From NCBI GenBank assembly GCA_964599635.1, contig CAZRGM010000009.1:14495-78494 (forward strand): DNA of 64,000 bases, given 5' to 3'. Of the stretch, positions 28,267-36,199 are shown piece by piece. Position 1 is the first letter of the stretch. Each line of letters begins with the position of its first letter. The stretch is from an uncultured Eubacteriales bacterium (GTDB lineage Bacteria > Acidobacteriota > Aminicenantia > Aminicenantales > Aminicenantaceae). The notes under the pieces are model-generated. The model saw only the letters and a list, made by a program, of their open reading frames with translations, was not told the origin of the DNA and did no database searches. A program made the position numbers and the translations under genes.

Positions 28267-29580
28267 TTAAGACAATTCCTTAAGTATTGAATCAATATAT
28301 TCATCTGAAGGGGAAGTTTTTGAGTCAAACTCTTTACCTAAATCCTCAATATATTCAGAAAACGCATCGAAATCATCTTGATTGCTCCAATTTTCCATGC
28401 TCACTCTCTCCAAAATCTCTTTAAGCTTTTCTTCATCAAAAACATCTTTTATATTTTGAGGAAAAAAGCAGTCCCCCATTTCACAAACTCTCATGCATCC
28501 CAGAATAAATTTCCTTATATTTTCCTGCTCCTGAATGATTTCCTGTTTGATAAAGAAATGCTCTTTGGGTGAAGTCGTATCTTCAAGCTTTTCATAAAGT
28601 TTAGAAGCCTCACGAAGGCCCTTTCTCATTGAGTCTATGACATATTTGCTGTCTAAAGTGATTTTACCCTCATTTTCAAAATACACCACTTTCAATTCAT
28701 CTTCACGACCTTCGGTTTGTCTAAACTTTTCTAGTTCTTTATAAACCTCTAATTCCCTGCTTTCTTCTTCATCCTGCTCTTTTTTCATTTCTTCCTCATC
28801 CTGCTCCTCTAGTTCTTCTCGAATTTCCTCTTCTTCATCTCCTTTAACCTCTTCCTCCTCTAATTCCCTGCTTTCTTCTTCATCCTTTAATTCTTCCTCT
28901 TCTTCTTCCTCGATTTCTTCCTCTTCTTCCTCCTCGATTTCTTCCTCTTCTTCCTCCTCTTCACCTTCCTCTCGCTCCTCTTCTCCCTCTTCCTCCTCTT
29001 CACTTTGATCCTTAGATCCTAATTCTGAAATTCGACTCCCATTTTCTCCTAATAAATCTTTAATCTTGTTGAGTTTCTGAAGTTCATCATCAAGGTCAAA
29101 ATCTGTATCAACAGGGCCTGTATCTTCTAAATTCTCGGTTTCAATCCCATATTTTTCTTCTAAATTTTTTCTCAAAACGGATAATTTACCTGATGCCTCC
29201 TCATTAATATCTTCAAGTTTCTTATGCAAACTTTCAATAATCTTCAGCTCTTCCAGAGACTTCCCCGTCAATGATTCAATGTCTGACTGGAGCTTCATAA
29301 CGATTTTGAGGTGAGTTTTAATATCCTCTTTGATAGACACTTTCTCATCTTCAAAATCAGACAGGAGAGTTTTGTACTCCTGAAGACTTTCTCTCTCTTC
29401 GATGACTTCACTCTCTATTTCACTTATTTTGCTCCTGGCCTCTTCCTTTTGCCGATTTATGGCCTCTTCCAGCTCTTCCTCAATCTTTCTTTTTCTCTCC
29501 TCAAGAATTTTATTAAGCTGTTCTTCGACTTCTTCTATGATTGAAGCTGAATTTTTGGGAAAATTTTCTTTCTTTGCCAT
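28267..29580 (-). CDS. Highly acidic coiled-coil protein of unknown function
   Basis: 437 aa with heptad-like E/K-rich N-terminal half and a ~90-residue almost pure Glu tract (SEEEEEGEEEREEGEEEEEEEEIEEEEEEE...). SD AGGAG lies upstream of ATG 29580. Confidence 0.55.
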   Translation of the reverse strand: MAKKENFPKNSASIIEEVEEQLNKILEERKRKIEEELEEAINRQKEEARSKISEIESEVIEERESLQEYKTLLSDFEDEKVSIKEDIKTHLKIVMKLQSDIESLTGKSLEELKIIESLHKKLEDINEEASGKLSVLRKNLEEKYGIETENLEDTGPVDTDFDLDDELQKLNKIKDLLGENGSRISELGSKDQSEEEEEGEEEREEGEEEEEEEEIEEEEEEEIEEEEEEELKDEEESRELEEEEVKGDEEEEIREELEEQDEEEMKKEQDEEESRELEVYKELEKFRQTEGREDELKVVYFENEGKITLDSKYVIDSMRKGLREASKLYEKLEDTTSPKEHFFIKQEIIQEQENIRKFILGCMRVCEMGDCFFPQNIKDVFDEEKLKEILERVSMENWSNQDDFDAFSEYIEDLGKEFDSKTSPSDEYIDSILKELS

Positions 29581-29601
29581 TTTTTTATCTCCTGTCCCCT
29601 T

Positions 29602-29861
29602 TTAACCTGGCCTTTTCATAAAAAAATGGCGATGTATTTATCATTAATTTCTTTTCAGCGATAGGCAATTTTCTTTCTGAAATGAACATTGAACCTATTT
29701 TCTTGTTTCTGTTTTTAATTTTAATCGCCATTTTTTTACCATTAAGGCGAGCCGATCTTACTGCATCTGCTTCGTTACAGGGAACTCGCGGTGAAGGACC
29801 ACAGCTTCACCCCCTGTGCCTTGAATCTGCAGCAACCTCGACTCGTGAAATATCCAGGTTA
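29602..29861 (+). repeat. Family-2 foldback element, copy A (~260 nt)
   Basis: TTAACCTGG...CCAGGTTA termini. The sub-terminal inverted repeat pairs AAAAAAATGGCGAT (29620-29633) with ATCGCCATTTTTTT (29724-29737). Collinear with copies at 41303-41562 and 49957-50152. ORF 29682-29870 is not conserved in copy B, which has a stop there. Confidence 0.7.
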
Positions 29862-30006
29862 TTAAAATAATACATCCACCTCTGTTTAGAGTCAATATCC
29901 CTAAGCAATCATTACTCATTTTATCTGAGCCCAAATATAGCGAAAAACACCTATCCCTGACAATACTCTTTTGGGAGTAAATAAGGGGGGATTTTGATGC
30001 TTTAGG

Positions 30007-30057
30007 ACTCACCCTTAGGGGTGAGTTAAAGGAAATAAAGACTGACCTCGTGTCTTT
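30007..30057 (-). terminator. Two consecutive hairpins just downstream of the HD-GYP gene
   Basis: AAAGAC/GTCTTT (30037-30057) abuts the stop codon and is followed by T-rich sequence on the minus strand. Next comes a perfect 8-bp stem ACTCACCC-ttag-GGGTGAGT (30007-30026). No strong U-run. Confidence 0.3.
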
Positions 30058-30058
30058 T

Positions 30059-31180
30059 TTATTGAGAGGTAGTGCTTTTTTGGGATGAGATTCCCGCCAT
30101 TGTTTCGAAAAAAGGGATCAATCGAGTGCTCTCAAATCTTATTCTTTCCCATTCCTTCACATCAAGTGAACAAAAGGCTTTAACAACTTCAGGATCAAAT
30201 TGGGTCCCTGAGTTTCTCCTGATCTCTTCTCGGGCATAATCAAAACTCTGTTCTTTTCTATAAGGCCGATAAGAAGTGATCGCATCGAGAGCATCAGCCA
30301 CCGCAAATATTCTTGCTTCCTGAGGAATCTCTTTTTCTCTTAAATGATTTTGATACCCATTCCCATCAAATCTTTCGTGATGATAAAGAATGATATTTCC
30401 TATTTCCTTAACCAGTTTTATCTCTTTTATAAGGCCGTATCCAAGGGAAGGATGAAGTTTTATTTTTTCCCATTCTGAAGGAGATAGAGAACTTGGTTTT
30501 TTAAGAATAGAATCTGGAATCGCTATCTTCCCTATATCATGGAGAAGAGCCCCTTTTTTGATATTGTTCAGAGCCTTTGGTTCCTTGATTCCTAAGATTT
30601 TGGCTAATACCTGACTGTATTTAGCCACTGTTCGGGAATGTCCAAAGGTTTCCACATCCCTTAAATCTAATGCGGTCATTAAGTTTTCTAGAGTAGAATC
30701 ATAAATCTCTTCAAGGTCCAGTGCTTTCTTTATATTGACCTGCTGCTGTTCCTTAAGTTTTATAATCCTCTTCTGGTACATTTGGTTGTCTCTTAAAAGA
30801 TCTCTTTTCAACAGTTCGTTTTTCAGAGCTAAAAACACCGCTGACTTGTTATCGGAATTGACAATATGACCTAAAATTCCTTTTTTATACAAAGAAACAG
30901 CGAGATCCGGCTCTATCTGATCTGAGAGAATCACAATCCCCAGTTCAGGATTGAATTTTTTTATACTCTGGATGGTGCCTATTTTATGCTTTTCATCTGA
31001 GTTTAACGGCAGAATAAGAACTGAAAAACTATTAGCACTCAATAATCTGTTTGACGCTTTTGAAAAATCTGAAGCTTCCTCAATCAAAAAAGAAAACTTG
31101 GATAAAAATTTGACGATTGAATTTCTCCGCTTTTTATTGGGATCAACAATAATCACTTTTCTTAAACCAGCCATCAACAA
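30059..31180 (-). CDS. HD-GYP-type phosphohydrolase with a degenerate receiver-like N-domain
   Basis: 373 aa. HD motif LLHDIGKIAIPD and HHERFDGNGYQ (the GYP position reads GYQ). The N-terminal REC-like fold lacks the usual phospho-acceptor Asp context (SVLILPLN). Confidence 0.75.
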   Translation of the reverse strand: MLMAGLRKVIIVDPNKKRRNSIVKFLSKFSFLIEEASDFSKASNRLLSANSFSVLILPLNSDEKHKIGTIQSIKKFNPELGIVILSDQIEPDLAVSLYKKGILGHIVNSDNKSAVFLALKNELLKRDLLRDNQMYQKRIIKLKEQQQVNIKKALDLEEIYDSTLENLMTALDLRDVETFGHSRTVAKYSQVLAKILGIKEPKALNNIKKGALLHDIGKIAIPDSILKKPSSLSPSEWEKIKLHPSLGYGLIKEIKLVKEIGNIILYHHERFDGNGYQNHLREKEIPQEARIFAVADALDAITSYRPYRKEQSFDYAREEIRRNSGTQFDPEVVKAFCSLDVKEWERIRFESTRLIPFFETMAGISSQKSTTSQ

Positions 31181-31235
31181 TCTCCTTTATGAGTCCGCTT
31201 GAAATTTTTATACACCATTTGAACTGAAAAGGCAA

Positions 31236-32084
31236 TCAATCTTCCAGTTTGGCTAGGAATATCCTCTTGATTCCAGCTAGATCCTTAATGATTTCAACAC
31301 GTTCCCATTTTTTGCTGAAAAAACTTTTGACTTTATTCTCCTGACCTTTTCCGATTTCAAAAAGCAGATATCCTTTGGGTTTCAAATATTCAGAAGCTTT
31401 CCGGACCAATTGATTTATAAATTCGGTTCCATCTCTTCCCGAAACAAGCGCCTCTTTAGGTTCATGATCTCTGATCTGGGGCTCAAGAGAAGACCACTCT
31501 CTTTGCGCAACATAAGGAGGATTTGAAACAATCAGTTCACATTTTTTTCTCAACACATTTTTTTTTAAAGCTCCAAACATATCCCCGACTATAAACCAAA
31601 CGTTTTGGATATGATGAAGAAAAGCATTCTTTTGAGCATAATAAACAGCTCTATCTGAAATGTCTAATCCCAATATTTTTGATCCAGGAAGTTCCCGGGC
31701 TAAAGACAAAGCAATGTTGCCGCATCCTGTTCCCATGTCCACAATAATCCCTTTGCTGCCAGAGTAAAGCTCAAGGACCTTTTCCACCAGAATTTCAGTC
31801 TCAGGTCTGGGAATCAAGACTCCTTCTCCCACTTTAAAGTCCATTGACCAAAATTCTTTCTCTCCTGTAATATAAGCTAGAGGCTTTCCTTTGACCCGCT
31901 TCTCCAGCATTCTGAAATATTCATTCTTTATTTCCTCAGAGACCTGAAAATTTGGTTCAGAAAAAAACCTTTCTTCAGAAACGCCTGCTGCTTTCAAAAG
32001 AATAACTTTGGCTTCTAAGGCTGGTTTGTCCAGTTCTTTTAAAAGAGAGATCCCCTTTTTGTGAAGCTCTCCAAGAGAACTCAT
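31236..32084 (-). CDS. prmC: Release-factor glutamine N5-methyltransferase
   Basis: 282 aa with DMGTGCGNIALSLA (SAM site) and IVSNPPY, located directly downstream of prfA. Confidence 0.9.
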   Translation of the reverse strand: MSSLGELHKKGISLLKELDKPALEAKVILLKAAGVSEERFFSEPNFQVSEEIKNEYFRMLEKRVKGKPLAYITGEKEFWSMDFKVGEGVLIPRPETEILVEKVLELYSGSKGIIVDMGTGCGNIALSLARELPGSKILGLDISDRAVYYAQKNAFLHHIQNVWFIVGDMFGALKKNVLRKKCELIVSNPPYVAQREWSSLEPQIRDHEPKEALVSGRDGTEFINQLVRKASEYLKPKGYLLFEIGKGQENKVKSFFSKKWERVEIIKDLAGIKRIFLAKLED

Positions 32085-32088
32085 TTGT

Positions 32089-33159
32089 TTAATTTGTCTC
32101 AGCCGTCATCTTCGCCTGAAAATGAAGGATCAATTTTTCTATGAACTCATCAAGGCTTCCATTCAGAACGCCTTCAATATCATAAACAGAAAGATTAAGC
32201 CTGTGGTCTGTCACCCGGGATTGAGGAAAATTATAAGTTCTTATTTTCTCACTGCGCTCTCCAGTCCCCACTTGAGACCTTCTATCCTTGGAGATCTTAT
32301 CTTTCTGTTCTCTTCTCGCTATATCCAGAAGCCGTGTTCGTAATATTTTTAGTGCCTTTTCTTTGTTTCTGTGCTGGGACTTCTCATCCTGGCAGGAAGC
32401 CACAAGCCCGGAAGGAATATGAGTCACCCTGATAGCGGTATAATTCCGGTTAACATTCTGCCCGCCTGGACCTGAGGCACCAAAAGCCTCGATTCTCATA
32501 TCTTTGGGATCAAGCTTCACATCGACATCATCTGCCTCAGGAAGGACCGCTACCGTTACTGTTGAGGTGTGAACCCTTCCGCTGGCTTCCGTTTCAGGGA
32601 CTCTCTGAACCCTATGCACCCCACTCTCATATTTTAACTGAGAATAAACTCGATCTCCCTTGATGCTGGCAATAATTTCTTTAAACCCATTTATGGTGGA
32701 TGAACTTGTGCTCAAAACTTCCAATTTCCATTTTTTTCTTTCAGCAAAACGGGAATACATCCGGAACAAATCCTGAGCAAAAAGAGAAGCCTCATCCCCC
32801 CCGGCTCCAGCCCTTATCTCTAAGAGAACATTTTTCTCATCGTTAGGATCTTTAGGTAGGAGTAAAACTCTGAGTTCCTCTTCCAGTTTTTTTTTCTTTT
32901 CTCTTAATTGATCAAGCTCTTCCCTGGCAAGCTCTTTTAAGTCTTCTTCTGAATCTGGATTGTTTAAGATCTCTTCAGAATCTTTAATCTCTTTCCTGGT
33001 TTTTTCATAATCCTGATATTTATGAACAATCGGCTCAATCTCAGCTCTTTCTTTAGAGGCTTTCTTTATTTTTTCAGGGTCAGAGATAAAATCTGGATCA
33101 GATAAAAAAGAGGTCAGCTGGTTATACCTCTCCCTTATGGATTCTAAATCTTGGAGCAT
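32089..33159 (-). CDS. prfA: Peptide chain release factor 1
   Basis: 356 aa with SGPGGQNVN (GGQ motif) and [26 protein letters not shown] (RF1-type block). Confidence 0.95.
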   Translation of the reverse strand: MLQDLESIRERYNQLTSFLSDPDFISDPEKIKKASKERAEIEPIVHKYQDYEKTRKEIKDSEEILNNPDSEEDLKELAREELDQLREKKKKLEEELRVLLLPKDPNDEKNVLLEIRAGAGGDEASLFAQDLFRMYSRFAERKKWKLEVLSTSSSTINGFKEIIASIKGDRVYSQLKYESGVHRVQRVPETEASGRVHTSTVTVAVLPEADDVDVKLDPKDMRIEAFGASGPGGQNVNRNYTAIRVTHIPSGLVASCQDEKSQHRNKEKALKILRTRLLDIARREQKDKISKDRRSQVGTGERSEKIRTYNFPQSRVTDHRLNLSVYDIEGVLNGSLDEFIEKLILHFQAKMTAETN

Positions 33160-33162
33160 ATT

Positions 33163-33384
33163 TTATTTCTTATTTTTGTCCCGGGAAATCTTTCCATACT
33201 TCTTTTGGAACTTTTCAACTCTTCCCGCACTGTCCACAAATTTGTGTTTCCCGGTAAAAAAAGGATGGCACTGCGAACAAATTTCAACCCTTATTTCAGA
33301 CTTGGTGGAACGGGTTTTAAAAGTATTTCCGCACGCACAGGTGACCACACATTCTTTGTATTCTGGATGTATGTTCTTCTTCAT
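33163..33384 (-). CDS. rpmE: Ribosomal protein L31
   Basis: [46 protein letters not shown]... with the CxC...CxxC zinc ribbon. The tracked ORF is extended to 33411; the internal Met at 33384 fits the family N-terminus. Confidence 0.9.
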   Translation of the reverse strand: MKKNIHPEYKECVVTCACGNTFKTRSTKSEIRVEICSQCHPFFTGKHKFVDSAGRVEKFQKKYGKISRDKNKK

Positions 33385-33413
33385 TTCTTCCTCTCTGTCT
33401 TTTGTAGGCAAAC

Positions 33414-33422
33414 ATTATAGCA
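33414..33422 (-). promoter_or_regulatory. Extended -10 promoter element upstream of rpmE
   Basis: The minus strand reads TGCTATAAT about 30 nt upstream of ATG 33384. No convincing -35. Confidence 0.3.
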
Positions 33423-33470
33423 AAAATAAAATAAGAATTCCAGAGCCCTGAAAGTTCTTTTCTTCCATAA

Positions 33471-33495
33471 TTTTTTTATGAATAGGTCAGGTTAA
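33471..33495 (-). repeat. Solo 25-mer identical to the left terminus of the family-2 element
   Basis: The minus strand reads TTAACCTGACCTATTCATAAAAAAA, the same as 41303-41327. A near-identical solo lies at 51438-51462. Confidence 0.7.
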
Positions 33496-33532
33496 TTAGA
33501 GGAACCGTTTTCTTTGCAGCCCTTCTGACTGA

Positions 33533-34387
33533 TTAAAGTCGTTCTCTTAGAGTCTCAACCGCACTTTTTGAAGGCAAAAAACCAAAATCATAAACAGGAA
33601 CTTTATGGACTGTATGGTCCAGTATATTTATGGCTGTCGGAATTGTCTCCGGCAGCCAGTTAAAGGTGCGGCTGTTGTGTATTAAAGAACGACTGGCTTG
33701 TTTCAAAGATAATCTTTTTATTTCGTTTTTAGATAAATGCCTGACTACACACACAGCAGCTAAAGGCCCTTTTCTTGGTTTGGGAGGACCTAAAGAACCA
33801 GGCCAGGGCGTAGCATGAACATAGATGTCCTCTTGACTTAATTGAAGATAAGGATTCTCATCGGTCAAATTTGTGTAACCCATCTCCACGGCTAATTTGC
33901 TGAAGGTTGTTTTCCCTGTGCCTGAATCACCCATTAAAAGGACATACTTATCTTCAATAACAACTAAGGCTCCGTGCATAAAGCAATATCTGTCTAAACT
34001 GGCCCTCCCCCAGAGTATGAGTTGTAGAGTTGGGACTCCATTAAAATTTATCCTGCCGCATCTCTGCTCGCTGATAGCCGCTTCATACGGAGACCAAAGC
34101 TTTATTTTGGTAAAATCACGATTGGTAAGAAATTGCCCTGTTCTGTAATGAAATAACATTTTTCCCTGGTATTTAGACATTTTGATAGAATCAACTTCCG
34201 GACTCTCTGAGCTTTTGACATGATCGGGAGACAAAGGATCAGATACAATTTCAATAACAGATTTTTTGGGGGAAGAAACAGGTGGATTCACCTGATAAGC
34301 CTCTAATTCCGGACTTAAGGGCATTTGAGTCCCTGAGGAAAATTTTAACTCAAAGATGATGCCGAGAATTTTAAGAAGATAGTCCAA
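33533..34387 (-). CDS. HPr kinase/phosphorylase C-terminal-domain-like P-loop protein (HprK-related kinase)
   Basis: 284 aa. The P-loop context VLLMGDSGTGKTTFSKLAVEMGYTNLTDENP parallels G-x-SG-x-GKS...L...G..LvaDD of the HprK C-domain. There is no HPr or PTS context. Confidence 0.6.
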   Translation of the reverse strand: MDYLLKILGIIFELKFSSGTQMPLSPELEAYQVNPPVSSPKKSVIEIVSDPLSPDHVKSSESPEVDSIKMSKYQGKMLFHYRTGQFLTNRDFTKIKLWSPYEAAISEQRCGRINFNGVPTLQLILWGRASLDRYCFMHGALVVIEDKYVLLMGDSGTGKTTFSKLAVEMGYTNLTDENPYLQLSQEDIYVHATPWPGSLGPPKPRKGPLAAVCVVRHLSKNEIKRLSLKQASRSLIHNSRTFNWLPETIPTAINILDHTVHKVPVYDFGFLPSKSAVETLRERL

Positions 34388-34499
34388 TAATTTTCAGACC
34401 TGACTTAATAATTAAAAAAAAAATTTAAATAAAGGGATTTTCTTATAAATAAAAAATTTGTGATTCTGGCTAAATAGAAATTATCTTCTCAGCAGCCTA

Positions 34500-34673
34500 T
34501 TAGCTGCAACTACCTGAGTTCCAACAGGCGTAAGCTTGGGTTTCTTTACAACCGCACGCACCTTGATTTTGAGGAGTACTATCGCTTCCGTAGCAAGCTG
34601 CCTGCATAACCTTATCAAATTTAAGGTCAACAACCTCTATTTTTGGATGGGCCCACTTCCTTTTTTCTTTCAC
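34500..34673 (-). CDS. Untracked 57-codon Cys-rich small ORF; candidate RiPP precursor peptide
   Basis: GTG start (34673-34671) overlaps the TGA stop of the SPASM gene as GTGA, with GGAG 7 nt upstream. Translation: MKEKRKWAHPKIEVVDLKFDKVMQAACYGSDSTPQNQGACGCKETQAYACWNSGSCS, stop TAA 34502-34500. Five Cys fall in the last 31 residues. It is below the 60-aa cut-off of the ORF track. Confidence 0.55.
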   Translation of the reverse strand: MKEKRKWAHPKIEVVDLKFDKVMQAACYGSDSTPQNQGACGCKETQAYACWNSGSCS

Positions 34674-35299
34674 GCTTTTCTCCTTAACGGTGATATTTTT
34701 GCATTAAAACCCTTAATTGTCAAGTTTTTTTTCATATCGTTTGTCCCATAAGCTTTAATCCGGGCTGAGGCTAACCGACACTTGTAAGGAACCGGTCCCG
34801 TAGGAGGACATCCTTCCAGAAGGGCAAAACCAACGCATTGACCGCAAATATTCGCGACCTCACACGTCTGGCAGGGACCTGGTTTCCAGGGTAGATTTTT
34901 AAGCATATCTGGAACAGCCCTATGCCATCCCTCTTGGATGCTTCCAGTCTTAAGATCATATTTTAAACTTTCAAGTAAAAGACATGGATGCAGATAACCG
35001 TAGGCATCAATATGAGACTCTCCATGTCCCACATTACATCGAAAAGGCGACTTTTTATTGGGGGGTAATGGAGTCCATTCTTTGAAAAGGTTTTTTAGCT
35101 GATCATTTCTGACTGGATCCTTTTTTCCCAATTCAACATATTCTTCAGGAGACAGCCTCAAAGACTGAGGACGATTCTTATACCCTTGGAAGCTCCCTAT
35201 TAGTTCAGCATCCCATCGGAACAAATCGCAGTATCTTAATGCCATATCCCGGACCTGCAAAAATTCATGAGCGTTTAAACGGCTGAACACTCCTTTCAT
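34670..35299 (-). CDS. SPASM-domain half of a radical SAM peptide maturase (separate ORF)
   Basis: 209 aa. It contains FRCNVGHGESHIDAYGYLHPC and CQTCEVANICGQCVG (the auxiliary Fe-S Cys motifs of SPASM/twitch domains). Its ATG overlaps the upstream ORF's stop as ATGA. Confidence 0.7.
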   Translation of the reverse strand: MKGVFSRLNAHEFLQVRDMALRYCDLFRWDAELIGSFQGYKNRPQSLRLSPEEYVELGKKDPVRNDQLKNLFKEWTPLPPNKKSPFRCNVGHGESHIDAYGYLHPCLLLESLKYDLKTGSIQEGWHRAVPDMLKNLPWKPGPCQTCEVANICGQCVGFALLEGCPPTGPVPYKCRLASARIKAYGTNDMKKNLTIKGFNAKISPLRRKA

Positions 35300-35796
35300 T
35301 CTAAAAGAATTTTTCTTTGGGCTAAAATATTAAGTGAATGCAGAACACGCTCTAACATTCCAGATCGGAGGGTCACTTTTCGGTATGTCTCCTCAGTTGA
35401 TCCGTATAAAGTGATGGAAACTTTCGCTGGCGTCCATTCCGAAAGAAAATCAGCTAATTCTTCATCGATAAGAGATCCGTTTGAAAAAAGAGTCACCAGG
35501 AATCCTTTCTTTTTAGCCGTGATCCAGAGTTTTCGGAAATTTTGATACAGCAAAGGCTCACCCCCCGTAAAGGTCAGATTGAGAACCCCTTCTTCTATGC
35601 ATTGATTTAAAATATCATCCCACTGCTCTAAACTAAGTTCATACTCTTTTTTGGGGCTTTTTTCAGGAATAGCGCAAAAGCAATGCGGACATTTAAAATT
35701 GCATCTCCGGGTTAGTTCAATGGTCAAGCTGTGCAGAGGTCGAGTTCTTTGACTGCTGATCTCTTCATAAAATTTTTCAGCTTTACAAAGTTCCAT
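35296..35796 (-). CDS. Radical SAM core half (CxxxCxxC) of a peptide maturase
   Basis: 166 aa with TRRCNFKCPHCFC (CX3CX2C) and TFTGGEPLL. It ends in the middle of the usual TIM-barrel fold. Confidence 0.75.
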   Translation of the reverse strand: MELCKAEKFYEEISSQRTRPLHSLTIELTRRCNFKCPHCFCAIPEKSPKKEYELSLEQWDDILNQCIEEGVLNLTFTGGEPLLYQNFRKLWITAKKKGFLVTLFSNGSLIDEELADFLSEWTPAKVSITLYGSTEETYRKVTLRSGMLERVLHSLNILAQRKILLE

Positions 35797-35807
35797 AAAA
35801 TTACCTT

Positions 35808-36161
35808 CTATGAGGAATAAATAAATTCCAGGGTGATAAGATCCTCCAGAAAATGATTCACATCTTTTTGAATGATCTCTGGATCCTCATTGAACTCTTC
35901 GGTCAACAAACTCAGCAAAGATTCTCTGGACCGGGGTGTTTCCAATTTTTTCCATATAAAGGCTCCTATCTCATTGAGTCTATATATTTTCTGGATCTCT
36001 AAACCCGTCTGATTTATGGGTATTAAGACTATCTCACCGCCTATCTGGCGAGTCACAACTTTATCATTTCTTTTAAAAATTTCTTGTTTTTTTATCATTT
36101 TTTTATGTCTAATCCAGTCTAAAAATTTATCTATTTTTATTGATAAAATATCATAAACCAA
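35808..36161 (-). CDS. PqqD-family protein (RiPP recognition element-like)
   Basis: 117 aa; an internal start MIKKQEIF... at about 36098 is possible. VVTRQIGGEIVLIP...IYRLNEIGAFIWKKLETPRSRESLLSLLTEEFNEDPEIIQKDVNHFLEDLITLEFI matches the PqqD beta-strand plus winged-helix pattern. Confidence 0.7.
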   Translation of the reverse strand: MVYDILSIKIDKFLDWIRHKKMIKKQEIFKRNDKVVTRQIGGEIVLIPINQTGLEIQKIYRLNEIGAFIWKKLETPRSRESLLSLLTEEFNEDPEIIQKDVNHFLEDLITLEFIYSS

Positions 36162-36199
36162 TAATATATTATTTCAACTGATTGAGCTAACAAATCACC

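Noticed and set aside
29682-29870. 62-aa ORF inside family-2 copy A, and ORF 41491-41709 inside copy B
   Set aside because: In copy B the copy-A frame hits TAA right after ...IAIFLP. The copy-B ORF is in another frame. Copy C lacks the region altogether. No conserved coding potential.
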